A DNA stretch of 45,876 nucleotides, taken from positions 1 through 45,876 of IMG/VR virus record IMGVR_UViG_3300030397_000588; one strand, 5' to 3'. The stretch comes from a virus (Duplodnaviria > Caudoviricetes). The notes under the pieces were generated by a model that did not search any database, was not told the origin of the DNA, and saw nothing but the letters and a program-made list of their open reading frames with translations. The first letter of the stretch is position 1. Every line of letters begins with the position of its first letter. Position numbers and translations under genes: made by a program. Of the stretch, positions 1 to 8,615 are shown one piece after another.

Positions 1-79
1 GGTCCTGAATGTAAACGATCCAGGCGTGTCCCGTCTGCGACTGATCTGCTTGTATGCGCCACTTGTTAGCGTAAGGCAT
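1..79 (-). CDS. Partial tail protein (N-terminus only, runs off the window)
   Basis: ATG at 79-77 overlaps the tape measure stop (TAATG); open frame MPYANKWRIQADQSQTGHAWIVYIQD to the window edge; position after tape measure. Confidence 0.6.
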   Translation of the reverse strand, partial: MPYANKWRIQADQSQTGHAWIVYIQD

Positions 80-1590
80 TACGGAGTAAGTGAGAGCCCC
101 CCGTTGCCCTGGTCCAGGAGCGCTTCCTGTAGACCTAAAATGAAGTCTCCGCCTGATATTCGCTGCGAAACCACCTCAACCTTGATCGGCGCTGGCCTTG
201 CGCCGCCTGAGAAGTTTGTTGCTGTTGGCGCAGCTGTTGCGCCTACGCCGGAAGATGAGGCAGAGCCGATTCCCACAGCAGAGCCTAAAGCCTGTCCAAA
301 GGTGAGGGGATTGCCCGTGATGGCTCCAACTCCCACGTTAACCAGAGTCTGGAAGCCGATACCGATAAGCTGCTGCCCGATGCGACGAAGTGTGTTTCTG
401 AATTTGGCGGCTTCGTCGTTGGCTCGCTCGAACTTAAAGGCGATCTCACCTAACACAGTGCTGCCTACATTACCAACAAAGCTTAGAGCAGCAGCTGCGG
501 CTTGAGCACCTGATCCAAAGGCAGCAATCTGGCTGTCAAGATCAATGAGTCGGGAAAGCATTACCTGAAAGTCCTCATTTGCAGGACTAACACCGGACTC
601 TATCATGAACATCAATTGACTTTGTAAAATACTTGCTTCTGCATTCATTGCGTCAAAAGCGGGAATCAGACCTGCCTCTGCTGCTCTTTGAACGCCCAAG
701 AGCTGTAGCGAGAGCTTGTCGTATTCGTCATTTACCTCACGGAGTCCACTTGGAAGTTCTGGTGGAGGACCAATTCTCGAAAATGCCTGCCTTCCTAGTT
801 CACTAGTAGTTCGGGCTTCCGTAAATGGCGTGAACTGAGGGCCTGAGAAAGAAGTTGGTGGTGGTGTGCTCCTCAGAAAGTCAGAAATCTGTCCGCGTGT
901 AGGTTGAGTTGGGTCAGCAGTCAACCCTTGTGCACGCAGCTGCTTTGCAAGCCTTGCCGCCTGCGTAAGCTTTTCAGCTATTGAGCTGTACGCATCTACT
1001 TGGGATTGTAATTCGTTCTCCTGTTGCCTAAGAGAGTCGAGTCGTTCTTTTTCTTGCCTCGCTGCTTCGCTGCCTACCAATTTAAAAACAGATAGTGTTT
1101 TATCAGCTACACCCTCTAGTTTATCAAAGGGTAATGCTCGTTCGAATCGAAGTGCGCTTTTGTCAAGCTGCTCTCTGACAAACCGAAGCTTCTCGGCAGC
1201 ATCTTGAGCTAGTTGTACTGCCTGCTCTCTGGAGGTGATCGTAAAAGTGTCTGTAGGTATATTTACATTTACAGTTGACGATAAGGCGGATTCAAACGCT
1301 GCCTGTGTAAGCGCTGCTTCCCGTCGTGCCCGCTGCATGCTACGAACAGCAAGTGTTTCAAAGGCACGCATACCCTGTATTGCTGCGGCGATACCTAGGC
1401 CTCCAGCCATTACGCCCGCGAGCCTCCGCAACTGACCCGTAGCTTTTCCTGTACTATTACCTAATCCGCCTACATTTCCTGCGGCACTCTTGGCCTTAGA
1501 CCCGAAACGAGAAAGCTGCTTCTCATTCTCTGAAAGCTTTCGTTTCAGGTCGCTATTGTCACCCGTAAATCTTACTACTACGTCGGACAT
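79..1590 (-). CDS. Tail tape measure protein (short, 503 aa)
   Basis: Typical N-terminus MSDVVVRFTGDNSDLKRKL; Ala/Gly-rich helical and coiled-coil content with hydrophobic stretches; follows the tail chaperones. Confidence 0.85.
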   Translation of the reverse strand: MSDVVVRFTGDNSDLKRKLSENEKQLSRFGSKAKSAAGNVGGLGNSTGKATGQLRRLAGVMAGGLGIAAAIQGMRAFETLAVRSMQRARREAALTQAAFESALSSTVNVNIPTDTFTITSREQAVQLAQDAAEKLRFVREQLDKSALRFERALPFDKLEGVADKTLSVFKLVGSEAARQEKERLDSLRQQENELQSQVDAYSSIAEKLTQAARLAKQLRAQGLTADPTQPTRGQISDFLRSTPPPTSFSGPQFTPFTEARTTSELGRQAFSRIGPPPELPSGLREVNDEYDKLSLQLLGVQRAAEAGLIPAFDAMNAEASILQSQLMFMIESGVSPANEDFQVMLSRLIDLDSQIAAFGSGAQAAAAALSFVGNVGSTVLGEIAFKFERANDEAAKFRNTLRRIGQQLIGIGFQTLVNVGVGAITGNPLTFGQALGSAVGIGSASSSGVGATAAPTATNFSGGARPAPIKVEVVSQRISGGDFILGLQEALLDQGNGGLSLTP

Positions 1591-2205
1591 ATGAACACCG
1601 TTACCAAAGTTGCTATCGGAGTCTTTGTTGGGTTGACCTGTTTTGCATTGCTTGCTTTATCAGGGCTCTGGCTATATAACAGAGCAGTTGCCAGGGTCGT
1701 CATTGAGGAGCAAGAACAAAGAGTTGAAGAGCTTCAGGCTCAGTTACAGGCACAACAAGATGCGATCGGGGAAATAATCGAAGAGGCAGAGTCGATCAAG
1801 TGGCAAGAAATTGATCTGGTCGATCCAATCACTCAGAATACTTCTAAAATGATTGCTCGCGTCGAAAACACCGACTCTCCTTCGAATGCATCTCACTTAT
1901 TCATCAAGTGCCAGGACAACAAAACCGAAATGTTCGTTAACTGGAGCCAGTACATTGGAACGGCAGCTCGTGTCGTTACCCGCCTAGATGATACTATCTC
2001 ACCCGAAAGAGGATGGGAAATATCATCTGATGGCAAGGCCACGTTCTTTCCGACTAGTCCCATTAACACTATCAAAAACATGCTTGATGCAGAGCGCTAT
2101 GTTGTTCGTGCTAGAACAATGAGAGGCTACGAATACACTGCAGTTTTTGAACTGGAAGGACTAAAAGAAGCCGTAAAGCCAGTTCGTGAGTACTGCAACT
2201 GGTAA
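1591..2205 (+). CDS. Membrane-anchored moron protein with VasI/TagO-like C-terminal domain; candidate superinfection exclusion
   Basis: N-terminal TM helix, coiled coil, then LFIKCQDNKTEMFVNW...W.ISSDGKATF resembling the VasI-like family; antisense to the late operon. Confidence 0.65.
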   Translation: MNTVTKVAIGVFVGLTCFALLALSGLWLYNRAVARVVIEEQEQRVEELQAQLQAQQDAIGEIIEEAESIKWQEIDLVDPITQNTSKMIARVENTDSPSNASHLFIKCQDNKTEMFVNWSQYIGTAARVVTRLDDTISPERGWEISSDGKATFFPTSPINTIKNMLDAERYVVRARTMRGYEYTAVFELEGLKEAVKPVREYCNW

Positions 2206-2206
2206 G

Positions 2207-2632
2207 CTACTTTTGCTTTCGCCGTCTCGCCTCCCGCTTAAGCCTCTTGTTGTGGCGCTCCTTAACTCGTTTCCAGACAGCTTTGCGCTCCTCAACATCT
2301 TCTTTCTTGCCTAGCCACCGGTCGAGGTAGTCTTTCGGCTGAATCGGCTTCCACTGCTTAAACGTCTTGCCAGCGCTGGCACCAATGATGTTAACCAGCT
2401 CGGCCGTCATTAAGGCAGCGGACTGCAGATGCTGAAGCTCGCCTAGCTGCTGCTCGTACTTCCGGCGCTTGTTGAACCCGTCAACGTAGCGCTGAAACTC
2501 CCGCAGCGACATGTCCCAGAAGCGCTCTTCTGAAAGCCCGACTTCATTCGCCAATTCCAGGTAGTCCGTCCAGGTTACGACTCTGTCGTCGCCTCGTCCT
2601 CGATCAACCCCACCTGGTTTTGGTAAAAAAAA
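2207..2632 (-). CDS. Tail assembly chaperone GT-like extension (made by -1 frameshift)
   Basis: The -1 frame from the T8 run (GAT TTT TTT TAC) is open into the 2207-2554 ORF (LPKPGG...YLELANEVGLSEERFWDMSLREF). Confidence 0.8.
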   Translation of the reverse strand, partial: FFLPKPGGVDRGRGDDRVVTWTDYLELANEVGLSEERFWDMSLREFQRYVDGFNKRRKYEQQLGELQHLQSAALMTAELVNIIGASAGKTFKQWKPIQPKDYLDRWLGKKEDVEERKAVWKRVKERHNKRLKREARRRKQK

Positions 2633-2892
2633 TCGATAGCCTGGTAGAGCGCTTTCTGGATAACAATCAGATACCTATCTGACAGATCGTAGGCCTTGTC
2701 AAGCGTCATTCCCTGATCTTTACAAAGAACAAAAAGGAGTACAGCACTAGCCTTATATCCAAGCTTGCGCCCGATAAGGCTTTCAATACCAAGAATTGTC
2801 TCAGCCTCAGCAAGCAACCGGCTCTTAGCCTTAATGCTGTACTCCTTACCGTCAATTTCAAAGGAGACTTCTCCTGCGTGCGGATTTGCCAT
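2575..2892 (-). CDS. Tail assembly chaperone G-like
   Basis: 105 aa between tail tube and tape measure; slippery T TTT TTT near the 3' end (plus-strand A8 at 2625-2632). Confidence 0.8.
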   Translation of the reverse strand: MANPHAGEVSFEIDGKEYSIKAKSRLLAEAETILGIESLIGRKLGYKASAVLLFVLCKDQGMTLDKAYDLSDRYLIVIQKALYQAIDFFYQNQVGLIEDEATTES

Positions 2893-2931
2893 CGTATAGG
2901 GGATTAGATGCAGGGGCCGAAGCCCCTTTGA

Positions 2932-3390
2932 TTACGCATCAACAGCTTCTTTCGTGTAGGCTCCATTACCGCCTAACTCGAAGTTTGCTGTTGCAATTTC
3001 GTTGTTTGGAAGTCCTAGCTCCCAGGACAAAGCGTTGGCGTTGCCGCGAATCTGCAGATCGTTGGTTACATTCGAAGTAATCAGCCAGTACAGAATCTTG
3101 TTCGCGCTTGTCGTCGTCTGGACAGCGTCCCAGATAATGTCCTGCCCTGCGTCGTCGTCATGGCCCCACTCAACGGTGCCGCTAATCGTGTAATTCTGGT
3201 TACCTGATAACGTAGTGCCACGCGAACCATTGTCCTTGTTGTTCGATTCGATCCGCTCCGATACGTCAGAGAAGTTCACGTCACGAAGGAGTCCAACCAG
3301 CGTGTAGTTGGTGATCTCGTCTGGGTCCGTGGGCTCTGTCGCACTGTTGACGTAGAGCAGATACTCTTTGCCGTTTACAATATTCGCCAT
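2932..3390 (-). CDS. Major tail tube protein
   Basis: 152 aa, NG.EYLLYV...IESNNKD...TISGTV...ATANFELGGNG pattern of TP901-1/HK97-like tube proteins; followed by hairpin aggggc-cgaa-gcccct (2912-2927). Confidence 0.85.
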   Translation of the reverse strand: MANIVNGKEYLLYVNSATEPTDPDEITNYTLVGLLRDVNFSDVSERIESNNKDNGSRGTTLSGNQNYTISGTVEWGHDDDAGQDIIWDAVQTTTSANKILYWLITSNVTNDLQIRGNANALSWELGLPNNEIATANFELGGNGAYTKEAVDA

Positions 3391-3398
3391 TGGATTTG

Positions 3399-3809
3399 CT
3401 AGTTATGGCTTAATAAAAACCGGACCCTGATCAAGATGTGATAAAGATCTCCTTCGGGCCTGTATTCTTTGATTGCGTCGTTTGCCTCAAGCTCTCTGAG
3501 GACTTCGTAGTGATTCGTAAGCGTTAGGCTCAATCCTCCTGGACCAATCGCACTGAGCACGCTTTTAGCTACCGTCTTAGCCTCCGTCTGGCTGTCAGAA
3601 TGGACGTAGACGTTGTGTGCAATGCTGCTTTTGAGCTGGCTCCTGTTCGTATCCTCTGTGCTCTCCGTATCCTCACCAATGACAACAAAAGGATAGGACC
3701 CGCCCTGAGTCGGGTTGGTCGTCACTTCTGCTGTAATAGCGTCCGTGCTGAGCTGCGCCACAATGGCATCGCCCAATACGTCCTGAAGATCTAGAGATGC
3801 AGAGGTCAT
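3399..3809 (-). CDS. Tail terminator/completion protein (DUF3168-like)
   Basis: LQD.L...YPFVVIGED...YHILIRVRF pattern; synteny. Confidence 0.75.
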   Translation of the reverse strand: MTSASLDLQDVLGDAIVAQLSTDAITAEVTTNPTQGGSYPFVVIGEDTESTEDTNRSQLKSSIAHNVYVHSDSQTEAKTVAKSVLSAIGPGGLSLTLTNHYEVLRELEANDAIKEYRPEGDLYHILIRVRFLLSHN

Positions 3810-4222
3810 AACGATTGCAGGTCTTTTATGAGCTGCTCAAGCGCCCGCTTGCCCGCAGGTCTCAGGTGTTGCTGTGAAAACCTCACCATCTCCCGCGTAT
3901 GGGCACGAACCCGGTGCGTATTGTCGCCACGCGTTCTGGTGTGCGCCTTTACGTTCACCGTTCCGGCAAAGCCGAACTCCAAGACAGACGCGTACTCAGC
4001 AGCGGCCACCAGTTCGGCCGTCATAAACGGCGCATTGGCATTATGCCTGATGTTGCGCCGATGAAAACCTGTATCAACAGGCGCAGCCGCTTTGGCGTAG
4101 GCCTCCATGCGCGCACCGGCGACCTTGAACTTTCGATCAGCACGAAAAAGAAACAGATCTATCTCGCGCGTCGTGTTCTCAAGCGCTGGCTTGATGTCGA
4201 CTGATATGCTGACAGTTGCCAT
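3806..4222 (-). CDS. HK97 gp10-like tail completion/neck protein
   Basis: AKAAAPVDTG.HRRNI...EYASVLEFG...LRPA motif; start moved to ATG 4222. Confidence 0.85.
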   Translation of the reverse strand: MATVSISVDIKPALENTTREIDLFLFRADRKFKVAGARMEAYAKAAAPVDTGFHRRNIRHNANAPFMTAELVAAAEYASVLEFGFAGTVNVKAHTRTRGDNTHRVRAHTREMVRFSQQHLRPAGKRALEQLIKDLQSL

Positions 4223-4238
4223 GTCTAGCGTCCCTCCA

Positions 4239-4583
4239 TCAGACCACGTTGTCTTGCTCGTAAGTGGCAATGATGTCGAGTGCACGGCGCCGCATGTCGC
4301 GATCGGTTACCGAGACGATATCATAGAAGCGCGCTACTCCGCAGTAGACATGTTTTATGCGGTTCTTGACCGTCACATCACTGCGGTGCCTGATCGTGAC
4401 CAGTAGCCGCTGCTGCGTCTCGAGGCGATCTGCCGATATCTGCTCGGATGCCGCCACCGGCTGCAAGCTTGCTGGGACCGTGCACACGTCGCTCCACGTC
4501 TCCTGCTGCTCGTGATAGTCATCTTTTGCCAGCGCCACGCTTTGAATCGTGATCTTCTGGTTTAGCCTACCCGCCGCTAGCAT
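4239..4583 (-). CDS. Head closure/head-tail adaptor (SPP1 gp16-like)
   Basis: AGRLNQKITIQ...TW.DV.TV.A...TIRHRSDV...RI motif. Confidence 0.85.
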   Translation of the reverse strand: MLAAGRLNQKITIQSVALAKDDYHEQQETWSDVCTVPASLQPVAASEQISADRLETQQRLLVTIRHRSDVTVKNRIKHVYCGVARFYDIVSVTDRDMRRRALDIIATYEQDNVV

Positions 4584-5140
4584 AGCGACCTCCAGCTATC
4601 GAGATAACTTTTGGACACGTCCGGTAGCATCGCTACAGAAGAACCAACAACGAAGTCTTCCCGGTGCTCGAAGATCGTAGACAGCGCTTTTAGCATACCA
4701 ACCTTCACAGCCTCTGGAGGCTCGTGCTTGGCCGTCGCTGCGTCGGTAGAATCCCACCCTGCAACGTACGTGATCAGAAGGCCTCCGTAGTCCCGCTCGA
4801 TAGTCGGGTGCGTTGTAAAAACGAGCCGCTCACTATCAGCGAGGTAATACGTAGAACTTGCTATCGTCGTCTCGACGTCCGCCTCATCCAACGTTTTCAC
4901 AGAACTGATTGCCGTAACGGGGAAACGCGGCAAATGCACAACCCCGCTATGCGGCACACTATCGAGCCGGTACTGAATGGTCCTCTCCGTGAACGACTTA
5001 CCCACGTAAGCCTCGGCCTTCTCCTGTACGCCACGCATGAGCTGCAACAGCTCCGCATCACTATTGTCCAGATTGAGAAAGTCCGACGCTTCCTGAATGT
5101 CTAACAACAGGTTTGGAGTCGTCGTTACGGTGGTTTCCAT
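4577..5140 (-). CDS. Head-tail connector (HK97 gp6/SPP1 gp15-like)
   Basis: AEAYVG...LPRFPVTAISSV...ITYVAGW...PEAVKVGML...FEHRE motif. Confidence 0.85.
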   Translation of the reverse strand: METTVTTTPNLLLDIQEASDFLNLDNSDAELLQLMRGVQEKAEAYVGKSFTERTIQYRLDSVPHSGVVHLPRFPVTAISSVKTLDEADVETTIASSTYYLADSERLVFTTHPTIERDYGGLLITYVAGWDSTDAATAKHEPPEAVKVGMLKALSTIFEHREDFVVGSSVAMLPDVSKSYLDSWRSLC

Positions 5141-5310
5141 TAGTTACCAGTACTCTTGGTCGCCTTCGGCTTTGATGCTTTCTTAGGCTTCTCGATCACC
5201 CTGACCGATGCGCCTACGGCCTTGATCTGGGCGGCAGTAAGGTCATATTCCTGACCATCTACCAGCTGAATACCAAGACCGGAACAGCTTTTTAAACAGA
5301 GAACTTTCAT
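5140..5310 (-). CDS. Small basic protein after the capsid gene (56 aa)
   Basis: MKVLCLKSCSGLG...KPKKASKPKATKSTGN; stop overlaps the next ATG; usual position for a small head-associated gene. Confidence 0.6.
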   Translation of the reverse strand: MKVLCLKSCSGLGIQLVDGQEYDLTAAQIKAVGASVRVIEKPKKASKPKATKSTGN

Positions 5311-5354
5311 AGCCTATCTATAAGTTGGGGAGCCCCGAAGGACTCCCCGTAAGC

Positions 5355-7256
5355 TTACGCCTGTGTTCCGTATCCAATCGCTTCTGCCTGGAGCACTTTG
5401 TACACCGTGCGGAAATAGTAATGGAGCCGGAGCTGGCCGGTAGAGGCTGCGCTGTAAGGATCGCGAAGCACCTGGAATTCAGGAGCGTTGCGAACACCTA
5501 CGAAGAACCAGTTGCCGAACAGGATCGACTTGTTGCCCGTTGCGAGCGTCTCAACCTTATTCGAGAAGTGAACCGGGTACTGCGCAAGAACACCTTTGGC
5601 GCCGTTCGTGGCAACGCTTGAGCCCTGTGGCGTAGCATCGTACACGAAGTCATTACCCTGGATGGACACGACACTACCGTACGTGGCAGGGCGCGTAACC
5701 CATGCGACGCTGTTGGAATCGTCGAGGTAGTAAGCCAGGTTGTCGTTGAATACGATGTCCTGGATCTCACCGGCAGCGATAGCCGCAGCACCTGCGAACG
5801 TCTTCAGGTTCGTGCCATTCGTCTCGACCTCTGTGATCAGAAGATCATTGTGCGTTTTCGCCATGCCGCGTGCAATGAAGTTCTCGAGGAACGCCATCAG
5901 GCGAGAGTCCTCGTCCTGCAGAAGTTCATCAGAAAGCTCAATGCGCTTCGTGTACTTCGCGAGCGTCATGGCAACGGTGCCGAGCGCAGGCGCATCGCGG
6001 TCATTCGCTGCGGCTTCTGCCGTGCTCACGAATTCGCCGTCGTCCTCAGCATCTACCGGAACGTTAACTGTAGTGCCGGTGCCCGGGATGTTCTGAACCC
6101 CCAGCCGGTTGGCGAGCATCATTTCGTCGCGCCGCGCTACGATGTTCTGGAAGTGCCCCGTAGGAACAGCATTGCCACCATCGGCAGCCGTGCCGATGTT
6201 CATGTCAGTATCGTTGGATGCCTTGATCGAAAGCACTTCGCGGCCTGCGCCGTCTACCGCTTTCATCTCGTTTCCAACGGCGCCCCAGTCGCCCGTCTTG
6301 ATCCAATAGGCAATGGATTTCTTTTCACTATCGCCAGTGCCGGTCTGAAGGTTCAGATTCGGTGCAGACACATCGTGCGCAGCCTTGACAACGCGCTGCG
6401 GCTCCTGTGAAAAGGCTTTCGCCTGCTGCTGAAGCTGCTGGAACTGCACGTACTCATCAAGAGAAATGCCCACCGTCGATGCGCCATTTAGCATCTCGGG
6501 CTGCGATAGATTTGTTTTTACTTCGGCCTTCGGCTCTTCTACAGGTGCCGGTGCGGCAACCTGCTCAGAGGCTTCGTTGGCCTGTACTTCTTCGTTCATT
6601 GTTTTAACGGTTGATTTCGCCTCCACTTCGATATGCAGGCGGATTGGTTCAGCCGCTTTACTTTCCGCTTCTACAGTGGCCGCCACGGATTGCGATTCCG
6701 TCTCCGGGCCTGCTGTCTCCTGAGCATCCAGGTCAGCGATAGGTTGATTTACAATCGATTTTAGGGGAATTGCTTTAGTGCGAGGCTCGCACGGAGTTGG
6801 GGTGAGGCTTGCATCCAGCCCTAGCGGCCACGAGGTGATTTCCCACGACTTGCCCACCGCCTTGCGCTGCACGAGGTGCGAAGCGGTACCGGAAGACCAT
6901 CCGAGTTTTCCCTGCTTTGCCATCTCGAATATGGCCTGCTCGTAATCATCACGCAGGTTAAGCTGACCTTCCAGCCACACGCCGACGTCGTCTGTCTTCA
7001 GATCGCCCAAGCCGAGCGAGCGGGCTTTGAGCGTCTTGTCCAGGCCGTGGTGGTAGAGAATGGGGCTTGATTTGGCGTTCCCGAAGTCAGTCAAAGGAGT
7101 GAAAAAATCACCCGCGAGGTCCGGGTCAGCTGCCGTAGAGAAGCGAACCAGGTAGCCGCCGATCTTGCCTTCGTCGTCGAGGGCCTTAACGGCATCACCT
7201 AGCCAGACGACGGTTTCTGCTTCTAGAGGTGCAATTTCTGGGATGTGATCTTCCAT
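5355..7256 (-). CDS. Fused HK97-type prohead protease - scaffold - major capsid protein
   Basis: N-terminal S78-like protease motifs (IGGYLVRF, DLAGDFF, ILYHHG, LGWSSG, DASLTPTPCEP), acidic linker, then HK97-fold capsid (DGGNAVP, IELSDELLQD, ILFGNW, VLRDPYS). Confidence 0.9.
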   Translation of the reverse strand: MEDHIPEIAPLEAETVVWLGDAVKALDDEGKIGGYLVRFSTAADPDLAGDFFTPLTDFGNAKSSPILYHHGLDKTLKARSLGLGDLKTDDVGVWLEGQLNLRDDYEQAIFEMAKQGKLGWSSGTASHLVQRKAVGKSWEITSWPLGLDASLTPTPCEPRTKAIPLKSIVNQPIADLDAQETAGPETESQSVAATVEAESKAAEPIRLHIEVEAKSTVKTMNEEVQANEASEQVAAPAPVEEPKAEVKTNLSQPEMLNGASTVGISLDEYVQFQQLQQQAKAFSQEPQRVVKAAHDVSAPNLNLQTGTGDSEKKSIAYWIKTGDWGAVGNEMKAVDGAGREVLSIKASNDTDMNIGTAADGGNAVPTGHFQNIVARRDEMMLANRLGVQNIPGTGTTVNVPVDAEDDGEFVSTAEAAANDRDAPALGTVAMTLAKYTKRIELSDELLQDEDSRLMAFLENFIARGMAKTHNDLLITEVETNGTNLKTFAGAAAIAAGEIQDIVFNDNLAYYLDDSNSVAWVTRPATYGSVVSIQGNDFVYDATPQGSSVATNGAKGVLAQYPVHFSNKVETLATGNKSILFGNWFFVGVRNAPEFQVLRDPYSAASTGQLRLHYYFRTVYKVLQAEAIGYGTQA

Positions 7257-7260
7257 AAAC

Positions 7261-7302
7261 AAAAAAGGGGCATCCCTGCCAGTCAGCAGAAATACCCCCT
7301 TT
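7261..7302 (-). terminator. Intrinsic terminator immediately upstream of the capsid start
   Basis: Minus strand aaagggggtatt...gatgcccc followed by tttttt, 4 nt before the capsid ATG. Confidence 0.65.
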
Positions 7303-7340
7303 GGAGTCGATAAATAAGTTTGTGTCAGGCTATGCCTAAC

Positions 7341-7376
7341 TACCTGTAATATATGGATTTAGGCTAAATGTTTCAA
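7341..7376 (-). promoter_or_regulatory. Putative late promoter (capsid/tail)
   Basis: TTGAAA-N17-TATATT then ACAGGTA; 20/22 identical to 24103-24124. Confidence 0.65.
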
Positions 7377-7384
7377 ATTACACA

Positions 7385-7774
7385 TTACCTCGTCAACGAG
7401 TCCATAAACATAGCATCCCCCTCTTCTTTAGACACGGCCGTAACAGTCGACTTGAGGTAGTGGGTGATCTCGCCGTCCGCATCGCGTACCGGCGCCAGCT
7501 TCGAGACGACTTCACCGATTTCTACGGCTCCCACAGAATCTGTTAGTTTAGATATCTGGTCGCCACCCTTACCTAGGATCAGCCAGTTTAAGTCTGCTCC
7601 TTCGCACAGTGCGATGATTGAGTCGAGGTCTATAGATTCTCTTTTCTTCCACGAAGACAGTGTTGATTGGGCGATTCCTAGCATCTCTACTAGCTCTTTG
7701 TCAGACTTAATACCTAAGTATGCCTTCGCTCTCTCCAAGATATTTTTCGCACTACGTAAATTATCTATTGACAT
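7385..7774 (-). CDS. CI-like repressor A (HTH, no S24 peptidase domain)
   Basis: ILERAK..LGIKSDKELVEMLGIAQSTLSSWKKR...DLNWLILGKG, phage CI-type HTH; start moved to ATG 7774. Confidence 0.85.
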   Translation of the reverse strand: MSIDNLRSAKNILERAKAYLGIKSDKELVEMLGIAQSTLSSWKKRESIDLDSIIALCEGADLNWLILGKGGDQISKLTDSVGAVEIGEVVSKLAPVRDADGEITHYLKSTVTAVSKEEGDAMFMDSLTR

Positions 7775-7796
7775 TTCGCATGATGTAAAGTATATT
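7745..7796 (+). promoter_or_regulatory. Rightward promoter with two operator-like repeats (cassette A)
   Basis: TTGACA(7768)-N17-TATATT(7791); repeats tttcgcactacgtaaa (7745) and tttcgcatgatgtaaa (7774). Confidence 0.75.
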
Positions 7797-7829
7797 ACCT
7801 GTGCACACACTAACACTACAATATATGCA

Positions 7830-8009
7830 ATGTCGACAGTTAGAAAGCAAAGAGTCGTCAGTTATGTGAATGAAGAAGAGCTGAAGGTAATCGAGGGAGC
7901 CGCGAAGATTGACGACCGTACCGTTTCCGATTTTGTTAGGCGAGCAGCGCTGATCGTATCGCAGAGGGTTGTCTCTGGCGAATCAGTACCACATCTCAAG
8001 GCTGCTTAA
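7830..8009 (+). CDS. Ribbon-helix-helix protein (Arc/DUF1778-like)
   Basis: RVVSYVNEEELKVIEGAAKIDDRTVSDFVRRAAL; paralog of 28038-28211. Confidence 0.75.
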   Translation: MSTVRKQRVVSYVNEEELKVIEGAAKIDDRTVSDFVRRAALIVSQRVVSGESVPHLKAA

Positions 8010-8027
8010 GCCAATTCCCTATTAACG

Positions 8028-8127
8028 ACGAAAACCAGCTCCTGTCCGCTAAAACTGAGGCTGGTTTTCTCTAACCCTATCAGGGTAAGTGTATGACGAA
8101 TATACAGGAAAAGACGCCTGTTTGCAA
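8028..8127 (-). ncRNA. Putative antisense RNA unit (promoter, ~65 nt RNA, terminator)
   Basis: Minus strand TTGCAA(8127)-N17-TATATT(8104); hairpin aaaaccagc...gctggtttt 8031-8068 with U-tract; overlaps the RBS of ORF 8093. Confidence 0.55.
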
Positions 8128-8350
8128 CCCGGTAATGGTTGCCAGGGATCTACTTTTCAACTGCCGCGACGAATGTGATCGCATCAATAGTCTCCTCAGG
8201 CTTTATCTCTACGCCCGCGATCAAACCGATAAACATGTCCTCAACGGTGCCGACCATGTCTTAGGCGATATCATGGATGAGTTTAGTGGGGTAATGAGCA
8301 CTGTCAACCAGGCGTTCTGCTTGATTAATGGGGAGGTGTGCGATGGCTGA
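8093..8350 (+). CDS. Hypothetical protein
   Basis: Co-oriented ORF in the antirepressor operon; overlaps the next gene. Confidence 0.55.
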   Translation: MTNIQEKTPVCNPVMVARDLLFNCRDECDRINSLLRLYLYARDQTDKHVLNGADHVLGDIMDEFSGVMSTVNQAFCLINGEVCDG

Positions 8351-8615
8351 TATCGTTATTTATTTCAACGGCAAGCGCCTGCCTGAACCTGTATTTAGTG
8401 TAAATACGCGCGGCAGGCTTGCACCTGAAGGCCGCGAGGCTTTGACACTTCTTCCCGTTAGTCCTCTTCAACGATACCACTATGGCGATAGGTGGGAAAC
8501 CTACGAACGCTGGATAACTGAATACGGTGAGGTTACCGAGTGGTACCGCGTCGAAGAAGACGAAGAAGGTAATCCAGTACTGATTGATATGTTGGCAAAG
8601 GAGGTGTCGCCATGA
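8343..8615 (+). CDS. Hypothetical protein
   Basis: ggaggtg SD before ATG 8343; ATGA overlap with the antirepressor. Confidence 0.6.
   Translation: MADIVIYFNGKRLPEPVFSVNTRGRLAPEGREALTLLPVSPLQRYHYGDRWETYERWITEYGEVTEWYRVEEDEEGNPVLIDMLAKEVSP

Noticed and set aside
7464-7829. N-terminal extension of the 181-aa ORF 7464-8009
   Set aside because: Antisense to repressor A and spans the promoter; the real gene starts at 7830
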